Positions 22,720-33,305 of a DNA stretch of 64,000 bases are shown piece by piece. Within the stretch, counting starts at the first letter, position 1; every line of letters begins with the position of its first letter. Under the pieces are notes generated by a model, which had not been told where the DNA came from, made no database searches, and saw only the letters and a program-made list of their open reading frames with translations. A program made the position numbers and the translations under genes. The stretch spans positions 704,001 to 768,000 of the forward strand of contig CAVOXA010000014.1 in the NCBI GenBank assembly GCA_963700285.1, written 5' to 3'. The stretch comes from an uncultured Chloroflexia bacterium. GTDB lineage: Bacteria > Chloroflexota > Anaerolineae > JAAYZQ01.

Positions 22720-23205
22720 CTAGTCGAGCCCATCTTGACCTTGATTGAGTTCGTCCAGCACAGCCAGGATCTCAGCATTCGGTGGAATGTCCGACATGGA
22801 GCCGCCATAGTGCACGTAACTTACCTGGCCCGACTTGTCAATGACCATCAGGGCCGGCATACGACCCCAACTCAGCAGCTTCACCTCCTGCCCATAGCGC
22901 TTTGCTACGGTGTGGGTCGGATCGGCCAGCCCTACGAAGGGTAGTTCCTCTTTTTGCCAGTAGTCCACAAAAGCCTTCTCGCTGTCAGGGCCTACGACTA
23001 CAACTTCAGCACCGCGCTCGACAAACTTCTGATAGTCTTGGCGCAACTGCGCCATGTGCCTACGGCAATACATTCACATGAACCCACGGGCGAACACCAG
23101 GACCACGTGCCTGTTCCTGTGATAGTCAGAGAGCGTCACGCTCCGGCCCCGCGTATCCTTCAGCGTAAAATCGGGCGGGGTAGTCTTCTCTCGAACTCTG
23201 GCCAT
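22720..23205 (-). CDS. AhpC/TSA (peroxiredoxin-like) selenoprotein with UxxC motif
   Basis: ATG 23205 (GGGAGG RBS) reads ...PDFTLKDTRGRSVTLSDY...VVLVFARGFM-TGA-MYCRRHMAQLR, in frame with ORF 22720-23073. The TGA (23074-23076) occupies the first Cys position of CxxC. Confidence 0.85.
23039..23054 (-). promoter_or_regulatory. Putative bacterial SECIS hairpin
   Basis: UGGCGC-AGUU-GCGCCA starts 19 nt after the in-frame UGA, with G at the second position of the apical loop. Confidence 0.6.
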
Positions 23206-23279
23206 GTTCAGTTTCCTCCCAACTCGCTAGGATGCCAAGGGTGGCCACGTGCCCTAGGGGCCTTGGCGCTGCCAGCTTA

Positions 23280-24461
23280 TCACGGACTCGGTCGCGCCTC
23301 CAGCATCACTTCAACGGCCTGTTCCACTCCAGCGCGCACAATCCCCAGCGTCACGAGCTGTCCGACTTTCTTCTCAGCCAGGTAGGTAATCAGATCGTCC
23401 ATGTCCCGGATGGCTTGGCCATCGAGCCTTACGATGATGTCACCTCCTGTGGAAGGAGAGGCATCTTCGGACTCGAGCTGCTTGTCAGCGCCACGCAAAC
23501 CCGCCTTGGCGGCTGGACCATCCGTGACAATACCTCCCAGGATCACACCTCGGTCGACGGACAACTCCAGGGCTTCGGCCAGACGCGGCGTCACGGACTG
23601 ACCCGTGATCCCCAACCACGGGTCCGAGTACAATCCGCTCGTGATGAGTTCCGGCACAACTCGCTTCACAGTATTCACCGGGACGGCAAAGCCGATCCCT
23701 GCATTGCTCCCGCTGGATGAGTAGATGAGCGTGTTTACGCCAATAACCTGGCCTCGAGAGTCCAATAGCGGTCCACCGGAGCTGCCGGGGTTGATGGCCG
23801 CGTCAGTCTGTATGAGCTTGGGCAGCGAAAACCCGCTATCCTGGCGCACGACACGCCCAAGGGCACTGACGATGCCTGTGGTCATGGTCTGCTCAAAACC
23901 AAAGGGGTTCCCGACGGCGATGGCCCTCTGCCCAACACGAAGCGAAGACGAATCTCCCAGTTGAACCGGCTTCAGGAGCCCATCGGCTGCGGGCACCTTG
24001 AGCACCGCCAGGTCGCTATCTGCATCGGTCCCTACGATCTCTGCTTCCACGATCGTGTCATCGGAAAAACGAACCAGGATCTGCTCTGCGTTCTCCACCA
24101 CATGGTTGTTAGTCACAACATGTCCTTCGGAGTCGAGTACAAAACCTGAGCCGCTGCCGCCCCCCCGCTGTGTCCTGACGGCGATATTCACGACCGAGGC
24201 GCCCACTCTCTCATAGAGCTGAATGAGCAATTGCTCCTCAGCGGCCGCCAAGCTCAACAGATCCGCCTCCAGCGGAGAAAGCCGGTCCACAGCCGGCGCG
24301 GAGGATACTTTCAGTATCTCGGGAACTGACCCTCTGTCAGCGTCCGCCGTACGAACAAATCGGGATTGAGTCGCCTCAAGGCCTGCAACTATGTCCCCGC
24401 CGAAGAGGACCAATACCAGAAGGCCTAGGACCCAGATGAACAGCCTTTCTCTTGATATCAT
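23280..24461 (-). CDS. HtrA/DegP-family (S1C) serine protease with PDZ domain
   Basis: [35 protein letters not shown]-terminal PDZ and N-terminal TM; GGAGG RBS. Confidence 0.9.
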   Translation of the reverse strand: MISRERLFIWVLGLLVLVLFGGDIVAGLEATQSRFVRTADADRGSVPEILKVSSAPAVDRLSPLEADLLSLAAAEEQLLIQLYERVGASVVNIAVRTQRGGGSGSGFVLDSEGHVVTNNHVVENAEQILVRFSDDTIVEAEIVGTDADSDLAVLKVPAADGLLKPVQLGDSSSLRVGQRAIAVGNPFGFEQTMTTGIVSALGRVVRQDSGFSLPKLIQTDAAINPGSSGGPLLDSRGQVIGVNTLIYSSSGSNAGIGFAVPVNTVKRVVPELITSGLYSDPWLGITGQSVTPRLAEALELSVDRGVILGGIVTDGPAAKAGLRGADKQLESEDASPSTGGDIIVRLDGQAIRDMDDLITYLAEKKVGQLVTLGIVRAGVEQAVEVMLEARPSP

Positions 24462-24560
24462 GCTTCCTCCTATCGTTGCACCTGGAAAAGGTCTTTCGCC
24501 GTGGCTCAATCTGGGCGAGGGACCTTCTTGACCAGATGTGAATTGGTGATTCACCTAGGA

Positions 24561-24630
24561 TTCATGATATCATATTGCACAACTTTTGTCAACTATTTGG
24601 CTGGATTTTTCTGTTAAGACTGCATAAGAA
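24561..24630 (-). promoter_or_regulatory. Sigma70 promoter with putative CarH operator (site C)
   Basis: Minus strand CCAAATAG-TTGACA-AAAGTTGTGCAATATGA-TATCAT (17-nt spacer); upstream TCTTATGCAGTCTTAAC repeat. Confidence 0.72.
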
Positions 24631-24672
24631 CAGGCACTTCTCAGGTGACACATCATATCCGCTGGGAAGGCA

Positions 24673-25671
24673 TCAAGGCTGGCTGGTACCCTGGCGCCCT
24701 GCCTCCAGGAGCACCTCACGTCGCCGGCGGTAGGCGACAATAGGCTGGTCGGCCTGGATGAGTCGCTCTCCAATGCGCAAGCCGGAGGCCTGGGGTTGGT
24801 GGGTCACGACAATCCGCCGATCTTGGTGGGCAATGTAGCGGTTATAGGGCAGCGCAAGCCAGGCGATCAGATCGCGCAACAGAGGCAGGGTCACGAACCG
24901 CTGGCAGTAGCGCAGGTATAGGAGCGTGTGACTCTCATCGACAGGCACAAAGGCGCCGATGATACGCATATCGGACTGAATATAGTTCTGCCATAGATTG
25001 GGGAACAGGAACTCTAGCTTGTACTCACGGGCAGGATCAGGCACAGGTACCTGGCTTGGCCTTCGGGGTGACGTACCATCATCAACCCGGTTGTAGGCAT
25101 AGATATAGAACAGATCATCATCCATCCATTGTAGCCCGGGCCCATCGACCAGGGTACGATTGCCGCGACCGATCGTATTGTAGTGCAGGAACGGCACATG
25201 GGCAACGTCAAGCTGGTTCTCAATGACCCGGCTGTAGTGGGCGTCCCAGGGGTCATAGATAGTACGGTAGGTAAAGGTATCATCCATATCATCGAAGAAG
25301 CGGGGCGGTGGCAGCTCATCGGGTGGGCTCTGGCCCCACCAGACCCAGATGAAGCCATGGGCCTCGTGGGTCGGGTAGCTGTGAGCCCGAAACACCTTGG
25401 GCACAGACGCAACCCGCCCGTTGGCGGGGATAAGCGTGCATCGTCCTGAAGCATCGTACTCGAAGCCATGGAAAGGGCACTGCAGATGTCCCTCGATGAC
25501 CTGCCCCTCGCTGAGCGCCACGCCACGATGGGGACACCGGTTAAGCAAGCAACTGACCTGGCCTGCTGTATCCCGCCAAAAGACCATCTTCTCGCCCATG
25601 CGGGTGACTCCGACAGGTGTCTCTTTGACCTGTCTGGATTCCATCAGAACATACCATTGATTGGGGATCAT
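24673..25671 (-). CDS. Rieske non-heme iron oxygenase (VanA/PAO-like alpha subunit)
   Basis: Rieske ligands CPHRG...CPFHG; mononuclear Fe motif ENQLDVAHVPFLH; QD at the third iron ligand. Confidence 0.88.
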   Translation of the reverse strand: MIPNQWYVLMESRQVKETPVGVTRMGEKMVFWRDTAGQVSCLLNRCPHRGVALSEGQVIEGHLQCPFHGFEYDASGRCTLIPANGRVASVPKVFRAHSYPTHEAHGFIWVWWGQSPPDELPPPRFFDDMDDTFTYRTIYDPWDAHYSRVIENQLDVAHVPFLHYNTIGRGNRTLVDGPGLQWMDDDLFYIYAYNRVDDGTSPRRPSQVPVPDPAREYKLEFLFPNLWQNYIQSDMRIIGAFVPVDESHTLLYLRYCQRFVTLPLLRDLIAWLALPYNRYIAHQDRRIVVTHQPQASGLRIGERLIQADQPIVAYRRRREVLLEAGRQGTSQP

Positions 25672-25750
25672 TGCCTTCCTCCTTCGCGTCAAGAACCTCG
25701 CTAGACCAGCTCACGGAGGATATTCAATCCTGAACACTGCTTACTGGCCT

Positions 25751-26380
25751 TCACTTTTCCTGCACATATCCATAGTGGACAAAGTCATCCCGGCTCCGCC
25801 GGCCTTTGAGATAGGTTACAGCAACCACCAAGATGCCAAAGACCACGAACCCCCAATCTCTTTCCACCAAGTGAAGAACAATGGGGATGAACCAGAACCA
25901 CAGGCTCTTGAGCCGCACATTTACCCTAGCCAGGAGAAAACACAGGACAGTGATTGCCCCCAGTATCAGGAAGGAGGGCAAAGAGACCAGGGCAATGCTC
26001 CACATGAGCATGGTCGAGCCGCGCCCTCCCTGGCCGCGAAGGAAGACGGAGTAGTTTGTGCCCACATATGCGGCAAAGATAGCCAAGAGCTTGGCATCGT
26101 CCTGCCCTGAGAACAGAAACTCCGCAAGTCCCACGCAGACCAGAGCCTTGGAGACCTCGCCAAGCAGCGTAAGAACCACGACGAGCAGTCCGCCAGTGCG
26201 AAAGGCGTTGATGACGCCTACGTTGCCGGTCCCTTCCTGGGTGAGGCTTCGTCGCCTAAACAGATAGGTTGCCAAGTAGGCGAAAGGGATGGCACCGTAA
26301 GTATACGCGACGAGAGCCAACAAGGCCAGGCCCAAAGCTTGTACGGTACCAGTAGCTATCCAGATCTCAGTATCACCCAT
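25751..26380 (-). CDS. PlsY-like (DUF205) membrane protein, atypical
   Basis: YGAIPF, GTGNVGVIN, GEVSK and GGRGS; no recognisable C-terminal HxxNI motif. Confidence 0.75.
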   Translation of the reverse strand: MGDTEIWIATGTVQALGLALLALVAYTYGAIPFAYLATYLFRRRSLTQEGTGNVGVINAFRTGGLLVVVLTLLGEVSKALVCVGLAEFLFSGQDDAKLLAIFAAYVGTNYSVFLRGQGGRGSTMLMWSIALVSLPSFLILGAITVLCFLLARVNVRLKSLWFWFIPIVLHLVERDWGFVVFGILVVAVTYLKGRRSRDDFVHYGYVQEK

Positions 26381-26456
26381 AACCCACGCTGCAGCGCGCC
26401 ACTGCTTCTTTCCTCGAGGCTGAAAACCGCGTCAACGGACGCTTGTCAGAGGCTGC

Positions 26457-27328
26457 CTAGCCTTTCAGCCCAGTTACAGTGATGCCCTTGATGAACTGCT
26501 TCTGGGCCAGGAAAAAGACAATGACGACCGGCAGCATGGTCACCAGCGAGGCAGCCATCAGATAGGCCCAGCGCACGTCGTAGCTGCTGCGAAAGAAGCT
26601 GAGCCCCAGCGAGACCGTGTACTTGGACTGGTCGTGCAGGTAGATGAGCGGCGGCAGAAAGTCGTTCCAGGCCGCCTGAAAGGTGAAAGATCGGCCACCG
26701 TGGCCAGCGCGGGCCGGGAGATGGGCAGGATGACGTGCCAGAGGATCTGCAAGGTATTGGCACCGTCGACCCGGGCGGCGTCCTCCAGCTCCGGCGGCAG
26801 TGTCAGGAAGAACTGCCGCATCAAAAAGATGTAGAACGGGCTGCCGAAAAAGGCTGGCACGATCAGGGGCAGGAATGTGTTGACCCAGCCCACCGTCTTG
26901 AAGCCGATGTAGATGGGGATCATGGTCACCGGATAGGGCAGCATCATGGTCGCCAGCAGCACCACGAACAGCAGGTTCTTGCCCGGCGCCCGCAGCCGGG
27001 CAAAGGCATAGGCCACCACCGTGCAGGAAAGCACGTGGCCGACGATGATCATCACGGCAATGAACAGCGTGTTGAGGCTGTAGCGCCCAAAGGGCACGTA
27101 GGTCAGCGCCTCGGGATAGTTGGACCACGTGACTGGATCCGGCAGCCAGCGGGGCGGGAACTCCAGCACCTGGTAGTTGGGCTTGAGCGACGACGAGATC
27201 ATCCAGAAGAGGGGCAGCAGGAAAAGCAGGGCGACAAGGATGGCCAGCGCGTAACCTACGATGGTCCCCAGCCGCTGGCGCGCCTGTTGCCCAACGAGAA
27301 GCTCCCGGGTCTGTGCGGCAAACCTCAC
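26457..27328 (-). CDS. Carbohydrate ABC transporter permease (MalG-like, frameshifted)
   Basis: EAA loop LPPELEDAARVDGA; WNDFLPPLIYL continues in another frame. Confidence 0.85.
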
Positions 27329-28270
27329 CGCCCCCCTCCCTCATAGTAGACCCAGCGGTCGGCGGAGCGCACGATCAACAAGGTCAGCACCAGGATGATC
27401 AGGAACAGAACCCAGGCCAGCGCCGAGGCATAGCCCATGTTGAAGTACTGGAAGGCCTGGCGGAAGAGGTAGAGCACGTAGAACAGGGTCGAATCGAGCG
27501 GCCCGCCGTCGGTGGCCACAAAGGCGCTGGTGAAGGTCTGGAAGGTGCTGATGATGCTCAGCACCAGGTTGAAAAAGATGGTGGGCGTCAGCATGGGCAG
27601 GGTGATCCTCCAGAACGACTGCCAGGTACCCGCCCCATCGATGGCGGCTGCCTCGTAGAGGTGCTGGGGAATGCCCTGCAGGCTGGCCAGGTAGATGACC
27701 ATGGTCCGACCCAGCCCCCACAGGCTCATCATCAGCAGGGCCGGCAGCGCCCACTCGGGATCGGCCAGCCAGCGCGGTCCCTGGATGCCCACGTAGGAGA
27801 GCAGCGTGTTGATCAGGCCCACGTCGGGATGCAGGATCCACATCCACAGCACGACAAAGGCCACACCGGGCAGTACGGAGGGCAGGTAGTAGATCGTGCG
27901 AAAAACGCCGACGAAACCGCAGCTTCTGGTTCATCAGCAGGGCCAGCACCAGCCCGCCGACCAGCTCCAGCGGCACATAGACCAAGGTGTAGATGGCCGT
28001 CACCTTGAGCGACTGCCAGAAGAGGGGATCGCGGGTGAACATCTTTTCATAGTTGTGCAACCCAACGAACTTGGCCGGGCTCAGCAGATCCCAGCGGGTG
28101 AAACTGATGAACAGCGAAGCGATCATCGGCCCCAGGACAAAGAGCAGAAGACCCAGCAGCCAGGGCGAGATCAGGAGATAGAAGGTCAGCGCCTCCCGTC
28201 GGGCCAGGCTAAGCCTCTGCCAACGGTGAGCGAGGCCGTGTCTGGGATGCAGTCGCGCATCTACTGCCAT
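27325..28270 (-). CDS. Carbohydrate ABC transporter permease (MalF-like, frameshifted)
   Basis: FVGLHNY, LYEAAAIDGA and GYASALAW across ORFs 27341-28270 and 27325-27864. Confidence 0.85.
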
Positions 28271-28290
28271 GAGGCTACCTCGCTATTGAT

Positions 28291-28315
28291 GGGGGGAGAG
28301 TCTGCCTCTCCCCCC
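28291..28315 (-). terminator. Intercistronic hairpin after the substrate-binding gene
   Basis: GGGGGGAGAG-tctgc-CTCTCCCCCC, a 10-bp stem with no long U-tract; may stabilise or attenuate the mRNA. Confidence 0.5.
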
Positions 28316-28333
28316 TGAGGCCAAGACACGTAC

Positions 28334-29803
28334 CTATTCGGACAGCTTTTCATCCAGCGCCGCCTGCGCCTCCTGGGCCGCTTGCTGCATCACCTCGGCC
28401 ACATCGGCCTCCGGATCGATCAGCACGGTCTCCAGCGCCTTGCGCAGGGCCGGATCGGCCGTCTCGCCCCAGTAGGGCGTAAAGACGTAGGCCCGCGGCG
28501 CCAGATGATCCAGCTCGCTGATCCACACGCCCTCGATGGGATCCTCCGTCAGGCCTGCTTCCTCGGCAACCGAGGCGACCGGCGGGATGGCCCAGTCCTT
28601 CCACACCTCCGAACCCTCCTCGCCGGTGTAGAAACTCAGGAAGCGCCACGCTGCCTCGGGGTGCTTGGTGCCGCTAAAGATGCCAAATCCACCCCAGAAA
28701 AGGATGTTGGCCCGCTCCTCGCCGGCCGGCACACCCACCACGCCCAGATCGACGTTGGGGTTGTCCTTGTAACCCGCTTGCGGCCAGCGGCCAAAGAGGC
28801 GCATGGCGGCCTGGCCGTTGTCAAACTCGGCGTTGCCGCCAGCCCACAGCGAAAAGTCCGCGGGCGGCGGGGCGACCTTGTGCACGTTGTACAGGTCGGC
28901 AAAGAACTGCACAGCCTCGATGGTCTCCGGCGAGTCCATATAGCCGACGAACTGCGTGCCATCCTCGCTGATGAGCTGCCCCCCGCGGCGGCGATCCAGT
29001 ACTCAAAGCCCGTCGTCCAGTTGGCCGTCAGTTGGATGCCCCAGATGTCGGTCTTGCCGTCGCCGTCGGTGTCCAGGGTCAGGGCTTGGGCCTTCTCCAG
29101 CAGGTCGTCCCAGGTCCAGCCCTCCTGCGGGTACTCGACGCCATACTCGTCAAAGATCTTTTTGTTGTAGTAGACGCCCAGCGGCGTAAAGTCCTTGGGC
29201 AGCATCCACTGCTGGCCCTCCCACTGGCCCGGCTCCAGGACGCCGGGCAGGTAGATGCTCGTGTCCAGCGGATAGTCGCCGTCGATGAAGTCGTCCAGCG
29301 GAAGAAAGGCCCCCTTGTCGACGAACATGGGCACTGCATCGTCGCCGATCTGCATGATGTCCGGGGCATCACCGGCGGCGATCTGGGTCAGCAGCCGCGT
29401 GTAGTAGTCCCGGCCGGACACCGCCTCGAGCTGGACCAGGATGTCGGGGTTTTCCTCCTCGAACCTGGCAATGATCTCCTGGTGCGGGTTCAGTCCTTCG
29501 CCACTGTCGCCCGTGCCGACGCGCAGGATCATCTTGGCTCTCCTCGGATGGATCCCCTACGGGCTCGGGAGTGGCGGTGACGACCTTTTCCACCTCTACC
29601 ACCTTGGTCACTTCTTTCTCGACCACTTTGGGAGTGCCTTCGACAATGACCGTTTCTTGTACTGTCTCCATGACGACTTGGGTGACGACTTTTTCAACCT
29701 CGACAGTCTCTACAATGACCTCGGGCTCGGGCGCCGGGCCGCAGGCCGACAGCAATACGAGTACCACCAGCAAGACACTGACAAACAGTCTGGCTCTTTT
29801 CAT
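28334..29803 (-). CDS. Sugar ABC transporter substrate-binding lipoprotein (frameshifted)
   Basis: Lipobox LSAC; VEVEKVVT/VEKEVTKVV linker; AGDAPDI, YYNKKIFD and WTWDDLL across three ORFs. Confidence 0.85.
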
Positions 29804-29863
29804 TTCTCTTCTCTCCTAATCTTTTTTCGAAAGGTCATGGTTAGCGATGCATCAGATTTGGTT

Positions 29864-30295
29864 CTAGGTGTCTACCTCCTTTCGTCGCTGCTCCCCCAGC
29901 CTTCTGAGGATCAGATTGTACAGCAAGAAGAGTTCACTGCCGGCACATTCAACCCCGGCCGAACTGAGAGTTACCCAGATCTCTGTCTCGCCAATGCCCA
30001 AGTCTTTGCAGATGAGCCTGGCCTGATGCCACGTGGGTAACCAGACCAGCTTTTCCACCATGTTCTCCACCGTTCCAAGCCTTCTGAGAAAGTGCCCAAG
30101 ATTCAGGATGAAGTAGATCCGGTCTGGAAACGGAGAGGGCGCCGCGATGACCTCCCTTTCGTCCCACACGAAGCAGCCCACCTGCGGACGCCAGAGGAGC
30201 CCTGCCTCTTTGAGGCGTCTGGCCGCGAGGCGCAGATCTTGGCCGAATGGGATCGGTGCCAGATCGACGTCGCTGCGGAATGGCGTTGGTCTCAT
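29864..30295 (-). CDS. Hypothetical protein
   Basis: 143 aa with GGGAG RBS, in operon with the upstream kinase; motif VWLPTWHQAR. Confidence 0.6.
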   Translation of the reverse strand: MRPTPFRSDVDLAPIPFGQDLRLAARRLKEAGLLWRPQVGCFVWDEREVIAAPSPFPDRIYFILNLGHFLRRLGTVENMVEKLVWLPTWHQARLICKDLGIGETEIWVTLSSAGVECAGSELFLLYNLILRRLGEQRRKEVDT

Positions 30296-30315
30296 GTCAG
30301 ACTCCCAATCCTTGC

Positions 30316-31365
30316 TCAAGCACCAGCCGCCTCTCTGCGGCTCTTTTGAGCTAGGAGACAGGCTTTTGCCAGTGTCGACTCGTTTGCTACGGCCCAGTCA
30401 GCCAGTTTCAGGATCTCGGGCAATGCGCTCGGTGCGGCTTCACAACTGAGTAGTGACCCCAATGGCGGATCGAGAGCGGCACACAACCAGATGGTTCGGA
30501 TCAGATCAGGCAATGCCTGGATCTCTGACCACGCGAGAGGCACAACCTCCTGGTAAGCGGAAAGAAAGCTCATGACCTGCTCCATGTTCAGTACGCCGGT
30601 ATAGACAATGTGCTTCAAACCGAGCCCAGGATCGGTGCAGAAAGCAATAATTGCCTCAGCCACTTCCATGGCCCTCGAGGACCAGTGAGCCAGATCATAG
30701 TCGACCACACCGACAATCTGATTGCCCTGATAGATCAGATTCGCCCCGTGGTAGTCTCCGTGGATCACCAACTCTGGCAATTTCGGGAGCGTAAGATAGC
30801 GGTTCCGAAGGTCTTGAACGTGTTCCTTCAGATGCGATATCAGCACTTCGAGCTCGGACGGCATGGAACACGGCCAACACTTCAAGAGTTCTTTCAAGAT
30901 GCGAGCAAGCGCATCATATCCATAGCGTTCCTCAGCCCTGTGAAACGCCTGGTAATCAAATTTCTGGACAGCATTGTGATAGAAGCCCAGCATACGCGCA
31001 GAGGCGCTCAGCTGACACGGTCTTGCTCCGTCAAAAGGATCCCCGGGAACAAATACCTGCATTTCATAGACCTCCCCCGCATGCTCCAGGAAGGTGCTAT
31101 GGTGACAAGTAAGAACCAGGGCCGGGGCCGGGAACCCCACACTGCGTAGGTGCTGGACTAGGGCGTGTTGCGCTAGAAGCAGAGATGGCTGGCGCAGTCC
31201 GGCGTGCCGACGCTTGAGTATGTACTGACCCTTCTCGGTTTCAAGCAACCACTTGTCATTCACATAGCCCCGCTTGATAGGGGCATAGTAGCTATGCGTG
31301 CCCATGCCATACTGGGCCAAAACAACTCCGATATCCGACTCGGTGAGGGTTCCGTACATACTCAC
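30316..31365 (-). CDS. APH/homoserine kinase type II family phosphotransferase
   Basis: GYVN, ILKR, Brenner motif IHGDYHGAN and VVDYD. Confidence 0.85.
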   Translation of the reverse strand: MSMYGTLTESDIGVVLAQYGMGTHSYYAPIKRGYVNDKWLLETEKGQYILKRRHAGLRQPSLLLAQHALVQHLRSVGFPAPALVLTCHHSTFLEHAGEVYEMQVFVPGDPFDGARPCQLSASARMLGFYHNAVQKFDYQAFHRAEERYGYDALARILKELLKCWPCSMPSELEVLISHLKEHVQDLRNRYLTLPKLPELVIHGDYHGANLIYQGNQIVGVVDYDLAHWSSRAMEVAEAIIAFCTDPGLGLKHIVYTGVLNMEQVMSFLSAYQEVVPLAWSEIQALPDLIRTIWLCAALDPPLGSLLSCEAAPSALPEILKLADWAVANESTLAKACLLAQKSRREAAGA

Positions 31366-31367
31366 GT

Positions 31368-31508
31368 TTAGGTAGGGCCTTGTGGCGCTGGGCGCTCCAA
31401 CATCTTTTTGTAGATGTTCTTAAAGCGGGCAGGCCCATACAGCTCATAGAGACCGCGAGAACAGCCAGACTGACAAACGGGCACGAGCACAATATCCTGA
31501 TCGTCCAA
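31368..31508 (-). CDS. Possible small leader ORF (46 aa)
   Basis: TTG start after AAAGGGTG; MDDQDIVLVPVCQSGCSRGLYELYGPARFKNIYKKMLERPAPQGPT; stops 2 nt before the kinase gene. Confidence 0.35.
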   Translation of the reverse strand: MDDQDIVLVPVCQSGCSRGLYELYGPARFKNIYKKMLERPAPQGPT

Positions 31509-31539
31509 TGACACCCTTTCTGCAAGCCCCAATAGATAA

Positions 31540-31567
31540 ATTATACTCTACGCCTATGCAATGTCAA
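31540..31567 (-). promoter_or_regulatory. Consensus sigma70 promoter
   Basis: TTGACA-16 nt-TATAAT on the minus strand. Confidence 0.65.
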
Positions 31568-31769
31568 GCCACTGGAAAGAACCTCGGGCCTGGTACCGAT
31601 CGCCACTTCTTGGTGGCATCGGCCGGCCTCGGGAGAGAATCTAGGCGATGGGCATAAGGGGCCTTTCGGCTCGAGTCCCACCGCCGCTTCGGGTTCACAG
31701 ACGGCTGCCGTAAACTTTCAGAACCTGCATGCTGCCTAGATCGAATCCCATTCTCAAATTGCCCCCGCG

Positions 31770-31798
31770 TTGCTTTTCCAAAGGGTGTATGCTATCAT
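31770..31798 (+). promoter_or_regulatory. Putative sigma70 promoter of the radical SAM gene
   Basis: TTGCTT-17 nt-TATCAT with TG extension. Confidence 0.5.
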
Positions 31799-31871
31799 CA
31801 AGAGGACATCTGATAAGGCAAGTAATTTCCAACCGGTACAGGCATGATCACCGAAAACGTGAGGTAGATGG

Positions 31872-33305
31872 ATGAGAGTAATGCTGATTCAGCCGCCCAT
31901 GTTCCATCTGCGGATGCAGCTTTCCCCGAACCTGGGGCTCGCCTACATTGCAGCCGTTCTGGAGCGGGACGGCTTCGAGGTGCAGGTCCTCGATGCGGCC
32001 GCTGAGAACCTGGATTTGGATGCTATCATCGAGCGCGTGCGGGCGTTCCATCCTGCCGTAATTGGTGCTGGCGGGCAAACGCCCGTCAGCCCGCGTTCCA
32101 TGGTCATCTTTACTCGCGCCAAGCGAGAAATAGATGAAGCCATCGTTACAGTCGCAGGTGGACCCCATTTTTCGTTTACCGACCAGGAATCCTTTGCCGA
32201 GTGCCCGGAGCTGGATGTCATCGTGCGCGGCGAGGGTGAAGAGACCATGAGCCATCTCTGCGCAAAGATTGCGGCCGGCGAGACGCTGGACGAGGTAGAC
32301 GGTATTACCTGGCGGAACGGAGATGGAAAAGTCATACGCAACTCCGATCGCCCGCCCCTCGACGATATCGACTCCCTCCCCTTTCCAGCGTGGCATCTGT
32401 TTCCGGTGCACAAATACCACTGGGTAGGCAATAGGCTCCTTGCTACATCTTCGTCGCGTGGATGTCCCTATCACTGCCCATATTGTATCACCTGGAAAGT
32501 ACACAAAGGTGTCAGGCACAGAAACCCAGTCAAGATCGTTGAAGAGATGGTATGGGCGAAAAAGAACTTTGGCCATGACACTTTCTTCTTTCAGGATGAT
32601 GCCTCCTTTCTCGTGCGTGGGCAGATGGAGGGATTCCTGGATGCGTTGGAAAGGTGCGGAGAGAAGTTGTTCTGGTATTATGAAACGCGAGAGGACGTCT
32701 TTCTCAGCTTCCGTGATCTCTGGAAACGCATGAAAAGGAACGGCCTCTTCAAGATCGTGTTCGGGCTGGAGTCCCCGGATCCCCAAAAAAGGGAACTCTT
32801 TGGGAAAAAGGGATACGATCCCGACTCTGTCGAATCCATGCTTCGCGTGCTGGAAAAAGAACTCGATGTCATGGTATCTGTGTACCTTCTCTTCGGCGTG
32901 CTTGAAGATACCGAGGCATCAATGGATGCCACGTTGGCGTACGCAAGGCATCTGTATCCGGACCTCTGTTCGTTTGTTGTGGGGTCCATGGCGGTTCCCT
33001 TTCCGGGGACCGACATGTTTGTCAATCTGAACAAAGAGGGCCTGATCAGCAGCTACGACTGGAAGGAATATGGTTTTGGCAAATCGGTGATCAAGTCCTC
33101 CATTCCCCCAGAAAAGCTGCAGGATACTTTCAGCGGATTCTGGATCCGCACTTACGTGCGGCCCAAGGCTCTGCTCAAGCAAGTACAACTGCTCCTTTCC
33201 CGAAACCGTTTCAGACGCGCGATGGCGAAGCAATACATTGTGATGGCGGTTGAGATGATCTCGGATGTCAAGAGAATGAAAGGTGAGACTAAGGATGAAT
33301 TCTAG
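31872..33305 (+). CDS. B12-binding domain radical SAM enzyme
   Basis: PNLGLAYIAA, GGPH, RGEGE, SRGCPYHCPYC (CxxxCxxC), FFQDD, FGLES and PFPGT. Confidence 0.9.
   Translation: MRVMLIQPPMFHLRMQLSPNLGLAYIAAVLERDGFEVQVLDAAAENLDLDAIIERVRAFHPAVIGAGGQTPVSPRSMVIFTRAKREIDEAIVTVAGGPHFSFTDQESFAECPELDVIVRGEGEETMSHLCAKIAAGETLDEVDGITWRNGDGKVIRNSDRPPLDDIDSLPFPAWHLFPVHKYHWVGNRLLATSSSRGCPYHCPYCITWKVHKGVRHRNPVKIVEEMVWAKKNFGHDTFFFQDDASFLVRGQMEGFLDALERCGEKLFWYYETREDVFLSFRDLWKRMKRNGLFKIVFGLESPDPQKRELFGKKGYDPDSVESMLRVLEKELDVMVSVYLLFGVLEDTEASMDATLAYARHLYPDLCSFVVGSMAVPFPGTDMFVNLNKEGLISSYDWKEYGFGKSVIKSSIPPEKLQDTFSGFWIRTYVRPKALLKQVQLLLSRNRFRRAMAKQYIVMAVEMISDVKRMKGETKDEF

Noticed and set aside
23280-24461. HtrA motif GSSGG instead of GNSGG suggesting inactivity
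   Set aside because: Catalytic His, Asp and Ser are all present; a single neighbouring substitution is not enough evidence.
29570-29720. Repetitive DNA suggesting a tandem repeat array
   Set aside because: Encodes the VEKVVT low-complexity linker of the lipoprotein.
31540-31567. TGTCAA-containing site as a fifth CarH operator
   Set aside because: Lacks the CAAATA and AAAA flanks and the 11-bp CA periodicity; it looks like a plain sigma70 promoter.
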